DNA from: Orbicella franksi
Taxonomy: Eukaryota
Assembly (NCBI GenBank): GCA_964199315.1
Contig: OZ116701.1
Span: 22,382,001-22,446,000, forward strand
Reading direction: 5' to 3'
Length of the DNA: 64,000 nucleotides
Under the pieces are notes generated by a model. That model was not told the DNA's origin. It saw only the letters and a list, made by a program, of their open reading frames with translations, and did not search any database. A program made the position numbers and the translations under genes. This document shows, piece after piece, positions 34,577 through 48,901 of the stretch. Position 1 is the first letter of the stretch. Each line of letters opens with the position of its first letter.

Positions 34577-37160
34577 GATGCCAGCCTGCAGGCCAACAGA
34601 GTTGAATGTAATTTAGTCATATTTTATTTTTTGAGAGGGGGTGGGGGGGGGGGCAATTAGTTGAATTTAATTTAAGGTACATATTAGAGCAGCAAAGTAT
34701 ATTTTCCCAATGTAAACTAGAAGTAATGTTCTGATTATTTTTTTATACATTATTTTGCAGACTGCTGTTTGAGTGAATTATCTTGGAATGTTTATGATTC
34801 CCATTTAGCCAATAATCTCAGTGGACTCTTCGTGTATTGCCAAGACACTGAAAGCACTGTGGATACAACTCTTCACTGTACTTTACCTTCTTCTTATTCA
34901 AGATACTATGAAGAACAGTATAAATGCACATTAAAGCTTCTATATGTATGTTACATTCATGTATGCTCCACACCCAACTTGTCATGGTATGCACAAGCTC
35001 AGCTTATTTCCAACAACAATGGATGTTACTCTAAATATGCTACTACAGACAGCTTTTGGAAATCAATGAGTGTGGTGTAAAATTTCCTCTAAAGAGGGAT
35101 TCCAGAACGTTATGGAAGTCACTTTAAATATGCTGGATAAGTCATGTGGAAAAAGATCACAACTTGCAATCATCTGCTTTGTCTCAAAGCAAGAATGACC
35201 ACAAATGGTACTCTGAATATAACAAATGAAAAACAACAACAACAACAACAACTGACATAAGGCAATACAGATGGCTATTTACAAACTTTACAAGGGAGTT
35301 GAACTTGGGTCTGCCTAAACTACTCAGCCATACTGATTTATGTGAGAATTTTGTGATGTGGTCCACAGTCCAAGAACTGTTACTGGGCATAGTGGTCTGT
35401 GTCATTTGTAAACAGCAAGTAGTACTTCACTTGGCAGAGACTGCCAATAGCGTGGCCTGTGAGGAACACTGGAATAGTCTTAAGCTAGTTTACATAGTTC
35501 TCCATGAAAGCGTGGTAATTATCTATCACAGGTGTTGTAAAAGTTTGCTGTTATCCATTAAAGCATTGGAGTAAAAAATACAAGTTTGAGTTGAAATACA
35601 CGTAAGTGATGTCAAATTTTTTTTCTCTGTTGAGTGTACACACTGAAAATAATAACACAACAGGAATGACTATTAATCAAGGTTTCTACAGTATCCACCC
35701 ACATTTGTTGAGGGCAAGGCCTAAGCTGTCTAGGGGACCACACGTCACCTATGTAAATGACTGGATTAACTGCTGTACATTACTGAGCTGTCATTAAGGC
35801 CCATAACCCACACACCCCTTATGTCTGAGTATGCTTGATGGGCCTTAATTTTGCGGCTGAACTTGCTTGTTGTTGATACAATTCACCCAAAAACCAACAA
35901 GTTCATTAAGGGTGTGAAGATCCAGACAGCAGATGACTCCGCTTAATGACAGCACTGAAGTACACTCTGCACTATCGGAGATTGTCTCACTAGTTTGTAT
36001 TAATTCTTTTATTTTTTCACTTTTGCTTTTCCTCACTTTGGCCTTCTACTGGGCTTGCTTTTAGTTCCAGAATTCCCAAGAAAGTATCATCGAAACGACA
36101 AATTCGTACCATGGAGTAGCCAAGGGATGAAGAAGGAAATTTTCCCCCGAGTTTTTCACTCAAATTTCCAAGCGTTTTTCTACATATTTCAAGCTCAATT
36201 AGCACAATCACTCTGATTTGGGTATCACTGGAAAGATCTCTTCCTCCTGCAGATCTTGAGTATGAGAGGTGCCTTTTCATGTAAACACTCGGAGAGGATG
36301 GCTCCGGTGATGGCCAGGCAAGGACAGCAAGGGGTAATTCTCCTACCAGGGTCAACTTTTCTCCATATATATATAGGCCCTCAGTTAAACTAATTCCACC
36401 CCATGGTAGGTAGTACAAAGTGTTCGTTATCAGTTGTACTTAATATTCAAGTACAGTTTATTTCATGATTGCTTGAAATTGAAACTAACATCGCATTTTA
36501 TTTGCTAAGAATACAGTAATTTTCAGAACAGTGTAAAACAGTTTAAAGGTCTCAAATCAAAATGAGGCATAGTATTGTATAAGTCATCCTGTACGCAACA
36601 TATACTAACCAATTGTCAAAGACCGCACAATAATCACTCACCAATTACAATAATTTCAAGTTTGTATTAACTATAGATGTTTTTGAAATTGTTGCTCATT
36701 ATGTTGACACTACAAGTAACACTATCAAACTGTATTTTCAAGTGGAAAAGGTATTGTGCAAATATTTGGAGACTGCATTTGGTTCACTGAACTTGGCCAA
36801 ATATTCCAGAATAATAGCTATTAGTCTCTTATGTAGCCTTTTGTTCTATTTCACATAAGCAGGATGCTTATTTTAGAGGGGGAGGGGTGTTCCGTCTACA
36901 CTTAGCCAGCTAAAATCAAATCATAACAGAGGTAATAAAGTTGTCAAAGTAATACTGCGACTGAAGTACTTTTTTGGTACGTGTTCTCAAACCAGACGTA
37001 ACAACTTAGTAAGCTTTTAGCATTTATCTGTGCACTAAAACAAGACTTGAAACAAGGTCTGAGAGCAAAAAACGATGCAAAGCGAGCAATCAGCGGTCAG
37101 CAGTTTTTCGACTGCGTGACAGCAGGTCATCTTTTCTCTCAAAATTTGACAGCGAACAAG

Positions 37161-38364
37161 AGGGTCCCCTATACCTCTTCTGAAAACAGTTTCACGCAAA
37201 ATTGGCCTTTTCATGCATCACAAAAAATTCGAAAAACAGCTTCACATTCACAGAAAAAAGTAAGCAATCACGTTTCACGCGAAAATGCAAATTCTATTCA
37301 CGTTTCGCAAAACATACAAATACAATCATTACAAAAATGTATCTGGCAATACTGAAATGTACCACAGTAGATATAGCTGCACATGGCCATATTTTGATAA
37401 TTTCAGACTCTCTCATTGTCAGCAAGTCTAGATCTCTTGTGGATTAGGGTATTATGCATGTACAGTGGAACCCCGTTAAGACAGACACCAAGGGGACATG
37501 CCAAAGTGTCCGTATTATCGGGGTGTCCGTATTGAGCCGTATTTAAGTGGGCTCTCAAATAAAAAGTCACAGACACATGTTTTATCGATACCAAGACTAA
37601 GGCAGACATTTTTTACGGCAACAAAACGTTTTGATTGTAATGTAACTGTAAAATTAAACTATGGAAACCTTATGGTCATTTAACTATAAAGGTTGACAAT
37701 GCAGACTGCAGCTAGGTCATGCACAAGGTCACCAAGCAATAAAGATGACAATATGAATAAAATATGCAAATGCTACCTTCATGAAGACAAAAGAAAGAAT
37801 CCAAAAGACATATTAACACTTTGTTGACATATTTCAGTTATGACATCGAAGCGATGGTTGAGCAGACATCAGTTAAGGCTGAATAGAGTGTGGATACTGA
37901 GAGATTAACTCACCTTTTGCGAAGAACCCTCCATTTTCTGCCTTTTCTCGATCGAAATGGCGTGATACCCCGCGTGTGTGACACAGCGTGACAGACTAGA
38001 TTCTAGGCCCTCCTGGTTCACTGTTGCTGTGGTTAGTTCTCAGTCCTTCATCCTCACGCGCGTCGAGAGATGTCGAGAAAGGCAGGCCATCACACTTTTT
38101 ACATCCAGTTTGGTGTAGTTTACGAGCTTTTATGACACTAAAATCTCCAAAAATGTGAAAAATTATTCCCACAAAAGTCGATGGTTCACAAATCACACGA
38201 AAGTAAATGCATTTTTCACGGATCACGAAAAAATCGAAAACCAGTTTCCCAAGGACGGAAAAATATAGATTCATGAATCACGGAAAAAAAAAATCCTCAT
38301 TCACGCTTCACACAAAGAAAAAAACGCCCATTCACGCGTCACGAAAAAAGTATAGGGGACCCCC
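37161..38364. mobile_element. Non-autonomous TIR element with TTCACG-rich subterminal repeats and a nested Tc1/pogo-like MITE piece (~37463)
   Basis: AGGGTCCCCTATAC at 37161 and GTATAGGGGACCCC at 38350. Many ttcacg/tcacga motifs lie near both ends; TA|CAGTGGAACCCCG at 37461. The TSD is unclear. Confidence 0.6.
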
Positions 38365-38518
38365 AAACAAGGGGGGATTTGTATATATCCCATGATGCAT
38401 TGCATTTGAAGTATATTATTGAAATCGTTAGATCACATGATCCTTCAGTTTAAAGATGGATGCTGTAGTGAAAAGGCTGTGTGACATCAAAATTTTCTGT
38501 CAGAATCGTTTTATCTAG

Positions 38519-39773
38519 GTGCACTGTCTTGACCAAAATGACAGATTCGAACTATCAGTTGACAGTTTTCCGATATTAAAGCTGAAGTGCTTATACAGAC
38601 ACGTCTGCTTCATGATGGACTTGTCGGAACGACGATTAGTTGTCTTTCCTGACTGTGATGCTGTGCTTGGAAAGTTTGCTGGAGTGAAATCACCATGCTG
38701 TAAAGAAGTCAAGTCAAGTGCTGCATTTAATATAAGTAAACTTATTTAATTATTGATAACCGTGGCCAAACCATTTAAAGAAAAGTGCTCACGGCCTTTG
38801 AATAGATCATTTCGTTCGAACATTTCCTTTACAGTGCAGAAGCTGGTCATTTTGTTTACTTGTCGTTTCGTATTCAACCAGTTTTTACAAAACTGCAGCC
38901 TCTCTGTTTCCAGCTCTACATACCGATAACTTTGAAAGATTATGTACATTTCTTGTTCCGAAGCGTATATCACGAAAGGTTACCTGTATTCCTCATCTTG
39001 ATTTATGATTTTCTTCACACATCAAGGTTGCCCCTGAAGAGACAGAGGATGGCGAAGAGGCCAAAATTGCTGTTGTGTGGGAGTTTGATCATGCAAGTGG
39101 CATGACAGCCGCAGCTTATGCAGTGCATCCAGAGGAAAACCCAGCAGATGGCTTGGTGATTATGCCAAGACTCGTGTTTGGTAAAGTTAATTGTAATTGC
39201 ACCAAGTTTCCACACCTGGGGGATATCACTGTTTCTTCACAAGATGAAACTGAAACAGTCTCCCAAAATTTAGACTTGGGCAGCAAGTCAAATGGTGAGG
39301 AAGACGTATCTGAGAGTGAAGAACAGGAACTTAGTTCTGGAGATAGTGACGACACTGATGTTGGAAATGTTGAGCTTTTCACTGAAACAATGAATCTGAA
39401 AGGAAGCAACTATCATTCATCATTTCAGAGTCACTTAAGACAATGGAAAGAGGCACTGATGAAGAAGGAAACAGTGTCTGTTCGTTTACACTTCAAACCA
39501 ACAAACAGACATGATGAGAATGCGATTGTTGTTCAGGTGAAATTAGGTCAGTCAGGGTCAGAAGAGCTGTGGAAGCCCATTGGATATATTCCTGGTCCAA
39601 AAGTGCCCAAAGTGACAACTGCACTGTGGACTAATGAAGTTCAACTGGTCACTGTTAAAAATGTTTTTTATCAGTATGTTCCACCCATCAATGATTTTAG
39701 GTTCTTTCCATCAATTGCTGTTTCAAAGATGGGTAGGTGGCCCCAGAACAAAAAAAGACTACAAATACAATGA
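38519..39773 (+). pseudogene. Spliced gene encoding a C-terminal HIRAN-like domain (frameshifted)
   Basis: Candidate exon from 38519 (after tttatctag|) and a large exon ~38960-39773. Acidic linker, then MNLKGSNYH...VRLHFKPTNRHDENAIVVQV...KPIGYIP, the HIRAN pattern (L..EP.N.hD.NAI.V...hGYhP). Frameshift near 39050. Confidence 0.7.
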
Positions 39774-41591
39774 CAGCATTTAGTTGCTGGAATATGAGGG
39801 GAAGTTGTATATACAGTTATAATGCAACATTGCAGACTTTTGTTAAATAACCCACCAAAAGACACCTGATGAATTCAACAATACAAGTGCACAACAATCA
39901 GGGTTGGACACAATTGCTCGAGCAGGCTAATAATAACTATTATTTAAGACTTTTTAATTCATCAAAATTTTGTAAGGAAAGAAAATATCCAATGATTTGT
40001 TTAGATTTGCACAAAAAATATTAACTTAAGGTTGCAACTTTCTTTCTGTTTAACTTCTTTAAATAAAGTTCATCTTGTTCTTCCAGGCACCCCTGCCTGA
40101 GGGTTTTGTTTGAAACTACATGTAATATTCTGGCAATTTGCCACTCAACTAATAGCATGGATACATTAAACTAGCTAATTTCACACACAAACCGCCATTT
40201 GAAAGTGCAAATTTATAAATTTTATTAGGAATGAATTTCCAAAACAGCCAAGATGAGAATACACCCATGAAAACAGTATGGACAAAAGTTTGGGATGAAT
40301 TAAATGTGTAAACAACTCTTGGTGGTTAATCTAGGGCACCCGATGTATTACTGCATGAGGCTTTTTGTGAATAATGTTAACCAACACCACTGTTGGACAA
40401 CTTTCTACACTATACAAAAAGAAGTGATTTATATCCTGCCACTGTACCATGCACAAGTTTTTTGGAAGGAGAGATACACTACAAAACCTGTTTTCTTGAT
40501 AAGCTTTTTTCTCCACAATGTTCTACTGCCTGATTGTTGAGGAATATTCCTTGTTGTATCCTGATCAAAATTTTCAGCCTTGTGCTTAGTGACTATTTCA
40601 AGGCCAAATGAAATCTTGTGGAAGGGGAGTAATTTAGATACCTTACAATTAATGTCAACAGGCCATTTTGCTAATGCAAATATTTGCTAGTTCCATTCCC
40701 TTGTGTGGGCAAGAAGTGATCACTATGCCAAAAATTGCCTCTTTCATTCAATACATGGCTCAAATTTTGCCCCACAAGGGCCTGGAGCTACACTGTAGCA
40801 TTAGCAAAATGGTGTGCAATAGCCTAACTCCTACTTTCTTTTCACTGTTTCAAAACAGGTACAGGAAATACGAAATGTTATATTTATCAGTATGATACCA
40901 TTGTTTTCACTAAGCAAAAGATTATTTTTCCATATTTTCTCATAATTTGAAGAGTAAATTTAACTTGCTAGTTTTCAATTTGAACAGATTCTATTTTGGA
41001 AAACCATACATAAGGTAATTGAAGAGTGTGCTTATTGAGAGCAGTTGTTATTGCTTTTGTTGAAAATTGAAATTTCCTTTTAAAACTGAAGTGTAGCATT
41101 TTAAATTTTACACTCTTTATCTAGCTTAAACAAGGGAAAGAGTAATGTGTAACTAAGTAGGCTAAATTAATTTTTAGGACCGGTTTTAACAACAAAATGA
41201 GAGTTGCAGTATTAATCCCATTATAAAATGGTATTGTCCAATAAATTGTGTAATTCAGTGTGAAAGTAAAAACTTCACAAATAAGGGTGACATTTCCCTC
41301 CTCAATTGCACCACACCCTTCAACAGGACATTTTACAGTGGATTTGGTAAAATATCTTTGTGGTGAAAATGACATTGTAAAAGGCCCTCTTAAAGGCCCT
41401 CTAGACACTTGAACACTGCAAGTGTTGCGTTACATTATAATTCATTGTGTCGTACATGTAGTGTGATTTAACTTTATTATATGAGCCTGCAATCCTTGTG
41501 GTTACCTCATGGTTGCAGTTGGCTGCCATGTTTTGTGTTAGTAAGAGATTTGATAATTAAAGCCTAATATTCTGCAGGCAAACGTCTTCTC

Positions 41592-44500
41592 TCATTTACA
41601 ACAATCTTCAGGCTTATGGAACGATTGTCGAATGGTTTTCTTATGCCTTGCTGGCAGGTGTGCATGGCCAGCAACAAAGATTGAACTGTCCTCTCTTTGG
41701 TTAATGACTAGTCTGTGCAGACGGAGAGGGTGGCTCCTCAGTTCCTGGTCCTCATCAATTTCAGGACAGACATCAAAGGAGGGGAGTTCTTCTTCTGAGT
41801 ACCTTTCACTCAGGGTCCAATAATAAAATGGAAGGTCACCATCCATTCTCTTGCTGAATTCCCTAAATAAAACAAGAAAACTCTATGAGCTTAATTTTCA
41901 AAACGGTATCCTGGTAATTTACATGGTAGAGTGAATGTAATTCACAATTTATCAACATTGCTCTTGCCGTGATAGGGGTGCCTGCGATTTTGGGTGATGT
42001 GGTGGCCTTATGGTTATCAAGTTAGACTCCAGACGGGTGGGTTCTGGTTCTAGCCCTGAATGGAGGTCATTGAGTTAACACACAACTTGACACTTACAGT
42101 GTCTTTCCACCTTGAAAAATTGTGGTACCACTAGACTATTATGGTAACCTAACAGCATGCTCAGGGGCTGTCTGTAGAGGAGTATTATCCCATCCCAAGC
42201 AACTCAGTTTGTCCAAAAATACCACCATTTAGAAGAAACTTTTTTCAAGAATAACTTGAATATTAATGCACTATACAGTCCACAGTAAATTTAATTAACA
42301 AGCAATACATACATGTAGTTATAAAAGTTTCTGTTTTCAAAATAGTATTTATGCAACCCTTGCACTCTTCCAGATAAGCAAGGGGTCTCTGGTCAAAAAC
42401 CCAACAAGGTCAGCTACATGACCTGACAAATTAACAGAAAACTTATAATGATTTAGCGAGAGCAGTGGGAATTGACCTGGAATTCTTTATTGACACCTTG
42501 CCTTGTAAACCTCTCTGAAACCCTGCCTAGACTGGCTGGCTTTCGTTTAACTTGAGTTTATATATCTACATGTATTTATAATGTATAGTTACCTAACTCC
42601 CTTTGGCCAGTACTCTTTGAACTGCTTTAGAATGAAGACATTTCCAATGTCTCTGTGACTAATGGCAAAAAAGGTTTCCAAGTCATTAGTAACACCAGCA
42701 TGAGAGTGTTCAGGATATCCAATAACACTGTTCTGTAACCTTCTCTGTTCCTAGCTCTCGATGTTGGTTGTGACTTCAATTACAGTCTCACATCAAAAGC
42801 CACAAATGTTTTTAACAGGCCTGCAAATTGGTCCAAATATATGAACACATTAATGTCAGTGAGTGGATAATGCTGCTTTCATGTTACTATTTCCTATTTT
42901 AAGGAAAAACTTTCCAAGACTGATTAAACCCAGACATATGTTGCCATTACTCCAAGTAAACTCAACTCATTTGTTTTTAAGGTATACCATTATTTCTCAA
43001 ATTTTGCTTGCTCAAGACACTCCCCCTTCCCCTCACTTAAGGATAGCTTATTAACTATTCATGAAACAAAAATAAAACAAAATCATACTCTCATTTAGGC
43101 CTTCTGTTTAGCTCTCTGTTAATAACAATTTTATTTGTCTAACCACAAAATCTGCTTGTCCAAGACAACTGCACAGCTAAACTACATTATCTAACTGTCT
43201 TTTCAGTTACCTGTTGATGTCTATTGTAGAGAAGTCATAGTTTGTGGGATGCCAATGCATCCACTCAGCAAGGATCAATGCCAGCATCTGGTAATTGTAC
43301 TTGCATCTGGTAAGCTGAGACAAGCCACGCCCATCTGACGCTTCATGCCACTGTACAAGTACTTTCACATATTCAGCCTCTCTGACATGACCGTGTCTTT
43401 CCAATGAATGTACCACATGGTACAACAGAAGCCTTTCAGCATCTTTCAGGCTCTGCTTTCGCTTGCCACTGAAAGCTGTGTGGATAAGACCACTACTGGG
43501 ATCTTTCCAGACATTGTCAAAAGCTTCGTAGTTCAACATTGTGTAACCACAATTTCGCACATGCTGCACCATCCTCTTGTAAATGTGGTTATGATCACCC
43601 CGATCATGCCGCTCCTCAGGAGTAGTGGGGTCCACTTCAGGGATATATAGATGCTGTGTGAAGTCAACACCTTCTTGTTTGAACTCCTGGATGGCATGCT
43701 GGTAGACAAAGGTAGCCACAATGGGGCGCAGTTTACCCAGCATGGTTTCTTGTGTGTCCTTCCTGAATGGGTGAAGGTGATGGCATCCTCCAATGTCATC
43801 CCTTGAGCATACCTCAGGTTGTGCAGTTGGACAATGACATTGCCAGGAATAGCAGGGTAGTTGCTTACAGTTTGTAGTTTACCTTCAGCACCTACTGAAT
43901 TAAAAAAAAATTGTTTCATCAAATTGAACATTAAAACCGGTGTTCTTTGTTCATCATTAAAATAAGAACCTATTTTTATACACAGTAAATGCTTACAATG
44001 TGTCATAATCAACATTTCCAGCAATGTTGCTTTGCTCTTCTTCACACTTAAGTTGCCAAACATGCAGAGCCCTCGTCTCCCCTTGCGTTCTCAAAGAGCA
44101 AAACTCTCCATTTGAAACAGTGCCTGAAAAGGAGTAAACATTGACTTGTATAAGGTAATAAAGAAAATCCATTCCTCAATTACTCTAGAGTTATAAAACA
44201 ATACCTAGACTTAGGCAATAAATTCAAAATTTCAAAATTTCACACTGAAAAGTGAATTACACTGTAACTTAGAAGCTGTGTCAGTTTAAACTTTATCAGG
44301 ATGTAATTATTCTTCTCACTTAAACTACCGTGGAATCTCGATTTTTCAAACCTCCCAGGGAAAACGAAAATTGTTTTAAAAAATTGGATAGTTCAAGAAT
44401 TTGGGGGTAAAATTCCAACGTCTGACTGACAAGGGGAAGCGACTTTTGGATCAAGTTCTCCAGAGGTTTGAAAAACTGAGGGTTTGAGAAATCGTGGTTC

Positions 44501-47500
44501 CACTGTACATCATCCCCTAAAAAAAATATGACATAGGGGTCATGGGATCCCTTTTGAGTAATTTTGTTGCTAATAAGTGCATGACAGGTTTACCTACCCA
44601 CTAGTTTTAATCCCTTTTCCTTCATCTTCAACTTGATGTTTCGGCTGAAATCCCTGATGAATTGGTCTTTCAATGTCCTGTAAGGTATGTACCTTACTGG
44701 AAGAGCGTACGGCTTTCAGGCCCTCTTTTCATCAGACAACATGAAAACCAGGACATGGGATGCTGAAGTTCGTTTCTTTTTGAAAAGGTTCTTGAGATAG
44801 AGCTCAATCTTAAGATCCTTAAGAATGACTATGGCCCTCTGAAAGATCCGATTAGTACAAGTGGTAGGGTTGAGAGTAGCAAGAACTGTTTCCAAGGTGG
44901 AAAGAATTGACTGGGCTTGCTGAATGAGGGTTTGGTATTCCCAATTTGCATTCTTTAAGGCTTCTTCTGATGTGCTGTTGTTGTTGAACTTTTTACTGTA
45001 GTCCTCAACAGCAACACTTAGCCCATTCAGTAGAAAATTTTTGTCTGTATTCAATTCGTCGAGCCTTCTCCATAGAGTATCCTCCAAAACATTTCTGCTT
45101 TCAGCCTTTGACAAAACTTTAAACACCTGGAGCCGATTCTCGTACTCTGACCTCAACTGTTGTAGCTTTCCATCGCCAAGATCTACATCTCCATTCCACA
45201 CTCCTTTCACTGATTCCATAAGGCATGCCTTCACATCCATTCCATCCAGTTTCAACCAAAGCCTCCCATCAGGATTTGCCTACTTAAGTACCTCCAAAGC
45301 TGCTTCCTGAATGATATAAAAAAGACAGTTGTTGTAGTGACATGCCATATTTCTTCCATTATGCACATGTACAGTAGCTCAGTCAGGAGATGTAAAATAT
45401 AAACACACCCATCTCTGCTTTTGGAATGCACGTCTGACGTAAGGGAAGCAGTGATTACACCAAGCTCATATGCTTAAATTCACTTGTGAAAATGAGCATC
45501 ACATTCATTATATATCCCTTAACACGTAACATAAAACGTTGTTAGGTTCACTAGCAGCCATTTAACCCCATATAAAAAAAAACAAACAAACCTAGAAGGC
45601 TATATGGTCAGAATTTGCCAATGCTTTACCAATTGGTGTCAACCTATTGGCAAATTTAGACAATCTTATATGAATTGGCAACCAAAAAAGATTACCTGTA
45701 CAGCAGTGCTCTCAGTAAATGGCGATTTCTTGCCTTGTCTCCACTGTATGGTAATCCTCCTGCAAGGCACATTTGTCTTTGCCTAAATAGAGAATAACAA
45801 GAAAAAAGAGTATTACACCGCCAGTAATAATAAAAGTATGGTCTTCATTCCCTGCTTAGCAGGTGTTTCTTATGCAAACTTTCTACTGATAGACAGTTTG
45901 ATCATACAATGTAATAAGCGGAATTAATGTTATTAAATAAACTCAAAGAGTTTCCTATAATCTAGAAATCTGAGTTTATATTTGCCAGCCGTAATCAAGC
46001 ATGAAGAGTAATTTAAACTCATCATGATCACAACATTGGAAAAATCACATGGGACCTTAACTGTTTATGTATTCATCACCTATATTGATATCTTTTATCT
46101 AGTCTCACCTTCAATGGGTTGCGGATGTCATCTTTTGCAGCTCCACTCCACATTGGACCTGCAAACAGTCACTGAAATCTTGTTGGAAATTCAGCCAACA
46201 TTGTTTCGTACCATAACCTATAATCATCTGGAACGGATATCTGCAAAAGCCAAAGGGAAACACAATTAATCCTTTGAAAATCACAAACAAATGTACACTG
46301 TCAAAATAAAATAGAACAACTTAATATTTGCAAACATAAAAACATGTCCTTTTGTCATATTAGTGCAACATTCTGTTTCAAGTCTTCACAGCCAATGATG
46401 TGAATAGCTGGAGACATAAGCTGGACTGAAGAAACTCCTAACTTAAGATATTTTTAAGTTAAAACAACCCTATTCAAAAGGTTTAAAAATCAAAATAAAG
46501 ATGAACTTCCATAGGTAGAAAAGTATCAAAAGGTATGTTCGAAAAATAAATATATCCATTGCAATTTTTTGACCAGCTGATCCTTGCCCTGTCGTCCTCG
46601 TGATAAAATACTAAACTAGCCAGGGCTGTCATTAAGGCCTGCAACCCGCAACACCTGTAACAGCTGCGTATACTTGATTGGTCCTTGATGTTACAAGTGA
46701 AATTGTCTGTTATTCATGGAATTCATCTACAAAGTAACCAGAATGTGGTTTGGAGAACAAGGCTACAAGTGACTTAAAACTTAATGACAGCCCAAAAAGC
46801 AATTGAAATTGGACCATTAATACACATTCGACAAAGTTTTTATGTCATCAACACTGCATTCTTGAAATTTCATTTCGTTAACATTAAGAAAAAATCTCAC
46901 TATAGTTACCTGCATCACATTTGTGCTTGCAAAGAAGTCCACTATAAACTGGATCATTCCAAATGGCATCCACCTCAGAGGCATCAAGGAGTCACTTCCA
47001 TCAGGTCTTGATTCCAAAATAACCTTGCTTAGGTTGTACACTGTGTTAGATTTATCAAGGTCCTGAAGTTTTTTCATTGCATACAGGCACAACTGGGGAA
47101 AATTTAAGACATTAGTTGTTATTCCAATCTTCTTGGAGGAAATATCAAAGCACTTATTAAGTACTAAGATACAGTTTTGAAAACTGGCATTTTTAAACCA
47201 GGTTTCAAATCACTGGGCAAGATGTGTAGTTATCCAATTCATTTCTAAAAGAGTGTTAGCCACTTGTTCCAGTAGGGTGGTTGGTGGTGTGTATAGTTTG
47301 GTCAGTAGTTGCAGTGACTGAACTATCAACTCCTTTAGCTGGATAGGTGTGAGATGGTTCAGCTTTTCAAGTAAAGTCTGGCTGGAATGGAGTGGAGCAG
47401 GTGATGGTGTGGTTCGATCATTCAGGATGCTGTCATCTAAGTATGCTTCTATTGACAAACCAAGTGCATCCTCTGCTTCATCCACAGTCTGGAACTTTTG

Positions 47501-48901
47501 CTTGAGGTCTGTAAGAATATGCTGCCTCACACCAGAAGCTGCAACCATATAAATATTACTTCAGAACAGAATAATATCATATTTGATTGAAAAATCAATA
47601 CACTGATTGGCAAACAGGAGAACATCATCAAGGCAGCACTCACTAAGCTTGAGAGTTGAGTGATTGGTTAATGTAGTGGGCTGCTTCCTTCCAGTAAATG
47701 TTCGTAAGTAGCACTAAATGATGGCCAGCATTTATCAGCAGGGAGATATTCTTGATGAAGAGCAACAAACTGCACAAGGGCAGTGTCCTCTGCAACTGTC
47801 CATTGATGCCTTCGTTTCCCGGAGCTGTTAGTAAATTTTAATGGTGAAGATTTCTTAGCATTTTTTAACAAAGAGTGTGCAACCTATAATATGTAAGAAC
47901 AGAACATTCATAAGACAATAATTATAATGATATTTTTATAATAATTATAAATGAATTGTGATGATTATAATAAGGTATTTTCTGCACCAACTATCTCAAC
48001 AACTTTGACAATAAATCAAACCATCATTCCCCAAAAGGTAAGGGACACAAAATGATAATTAATTGTAAAGAAGACAAACACAAAAACCTTACTCTTTGCT
48101 GTCATCTTGCTTGAAAACGACGATGAAATAGACCGTCTAACCGGTTTAGAAACTGGAGAAACACTACACACTGGTGAAACACTAGATCGTCGCTTGCTCC
48201 ATGGTTTCCCTGGCATGTCGGTTGATGACCTCGCTTTAACGAAACTTCCTTCTCATTCATCACAAAGCAAAGACCACTGAAAACAACAGAAGTATGCTTA
48301 CTTGAGAAATAATAGCTCAAAAGTGTACCTGAATAAAATCTAAACGAAACAAAACAAATAGAAAATCAGGTCATTCTTAGTTTTATTGACTAAGTTAAAT
48401 AATGAATAAGTGACTTACTTTCAAATTTGCAACACAATTATTGCTCTCATGATGGAAAAGAACTGATCTCCAGGCATTACTGAAGTTGATAGTGTCACTT
48501 GAACATCACACAAACACCCGAATATTAGCATCTCAACTGCCAAAACTGGAGAGGTCAATAGAGGTCAATACACAAATTCCAAATATTTGACCTTTGTTCT
48601 ATTTGAAGGACGCTTAACAATTCGTACATATGCAAAGAGAGTATAGAAAAATTGAATTGAATCGAAGCACCCATCCGTTCACAAGACAACAAAGGCCAAC
48701 TATTGGAAACGTGCTCTATTGTTCTACTTCAATTTTCACACTTCAAAGCGACCAGCATTCAATTTAAACAAACATCATCATTTATAAAGCTTATTATAAC
48801 AATGTAAGCAAACTCCACTTACCAGACTGACACAGAAGCAGTAAAAAAGGCTAGTCAAAAACTGGCTAAAACCTCCGCTTGTGACAGGCATTATCCGCCA
48901 T
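41592..48901 (-). pseudogene. Multi-exon gene: N-terminal Myb/SANT-like motif plus DDE transposase with a P-element-like motif order; several stops
   Basis: Minus-strand exon blocks at ~48823-48901 (AAAATGGCGG start, GTAAGT donor), 48090-48216, 47670-47870 (HQWTVAEDTALVQFV...W), 47215-47550, 46900-47090, 46108-46240, 44716-45310 (RLWLKLDGMD), 43210-43745 (DHNHIYKR; KQSLKDAERLL; WHEASDGRG), 42595-42817 (TNDLETFF) and 41592-41860. GT-AG boundaries are seen at several blocks. Confidence 0.7.
44328..44505. mobile_element. Tc1/pogo-type MITE with TA TSD, in an intron of the transposase gene
   Basis: TA|CCGTGGAATCTCGATTTTTCAAACC ... GGTTTGAGAAATCGTGGTTCCACTG|TA. Confidence 0.8.

Noticed and set aside
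34769-36040. Scattered ORFs as exons of a host gene
   Set aside because: I could not build a consistent spliced frame or recognise a domain; left unassigned.
36017-36418. 133-aa minus-strand ORF
   Set aside because: It runs through what appears to be a non-coding MITE-like repeat; no protein motifs.
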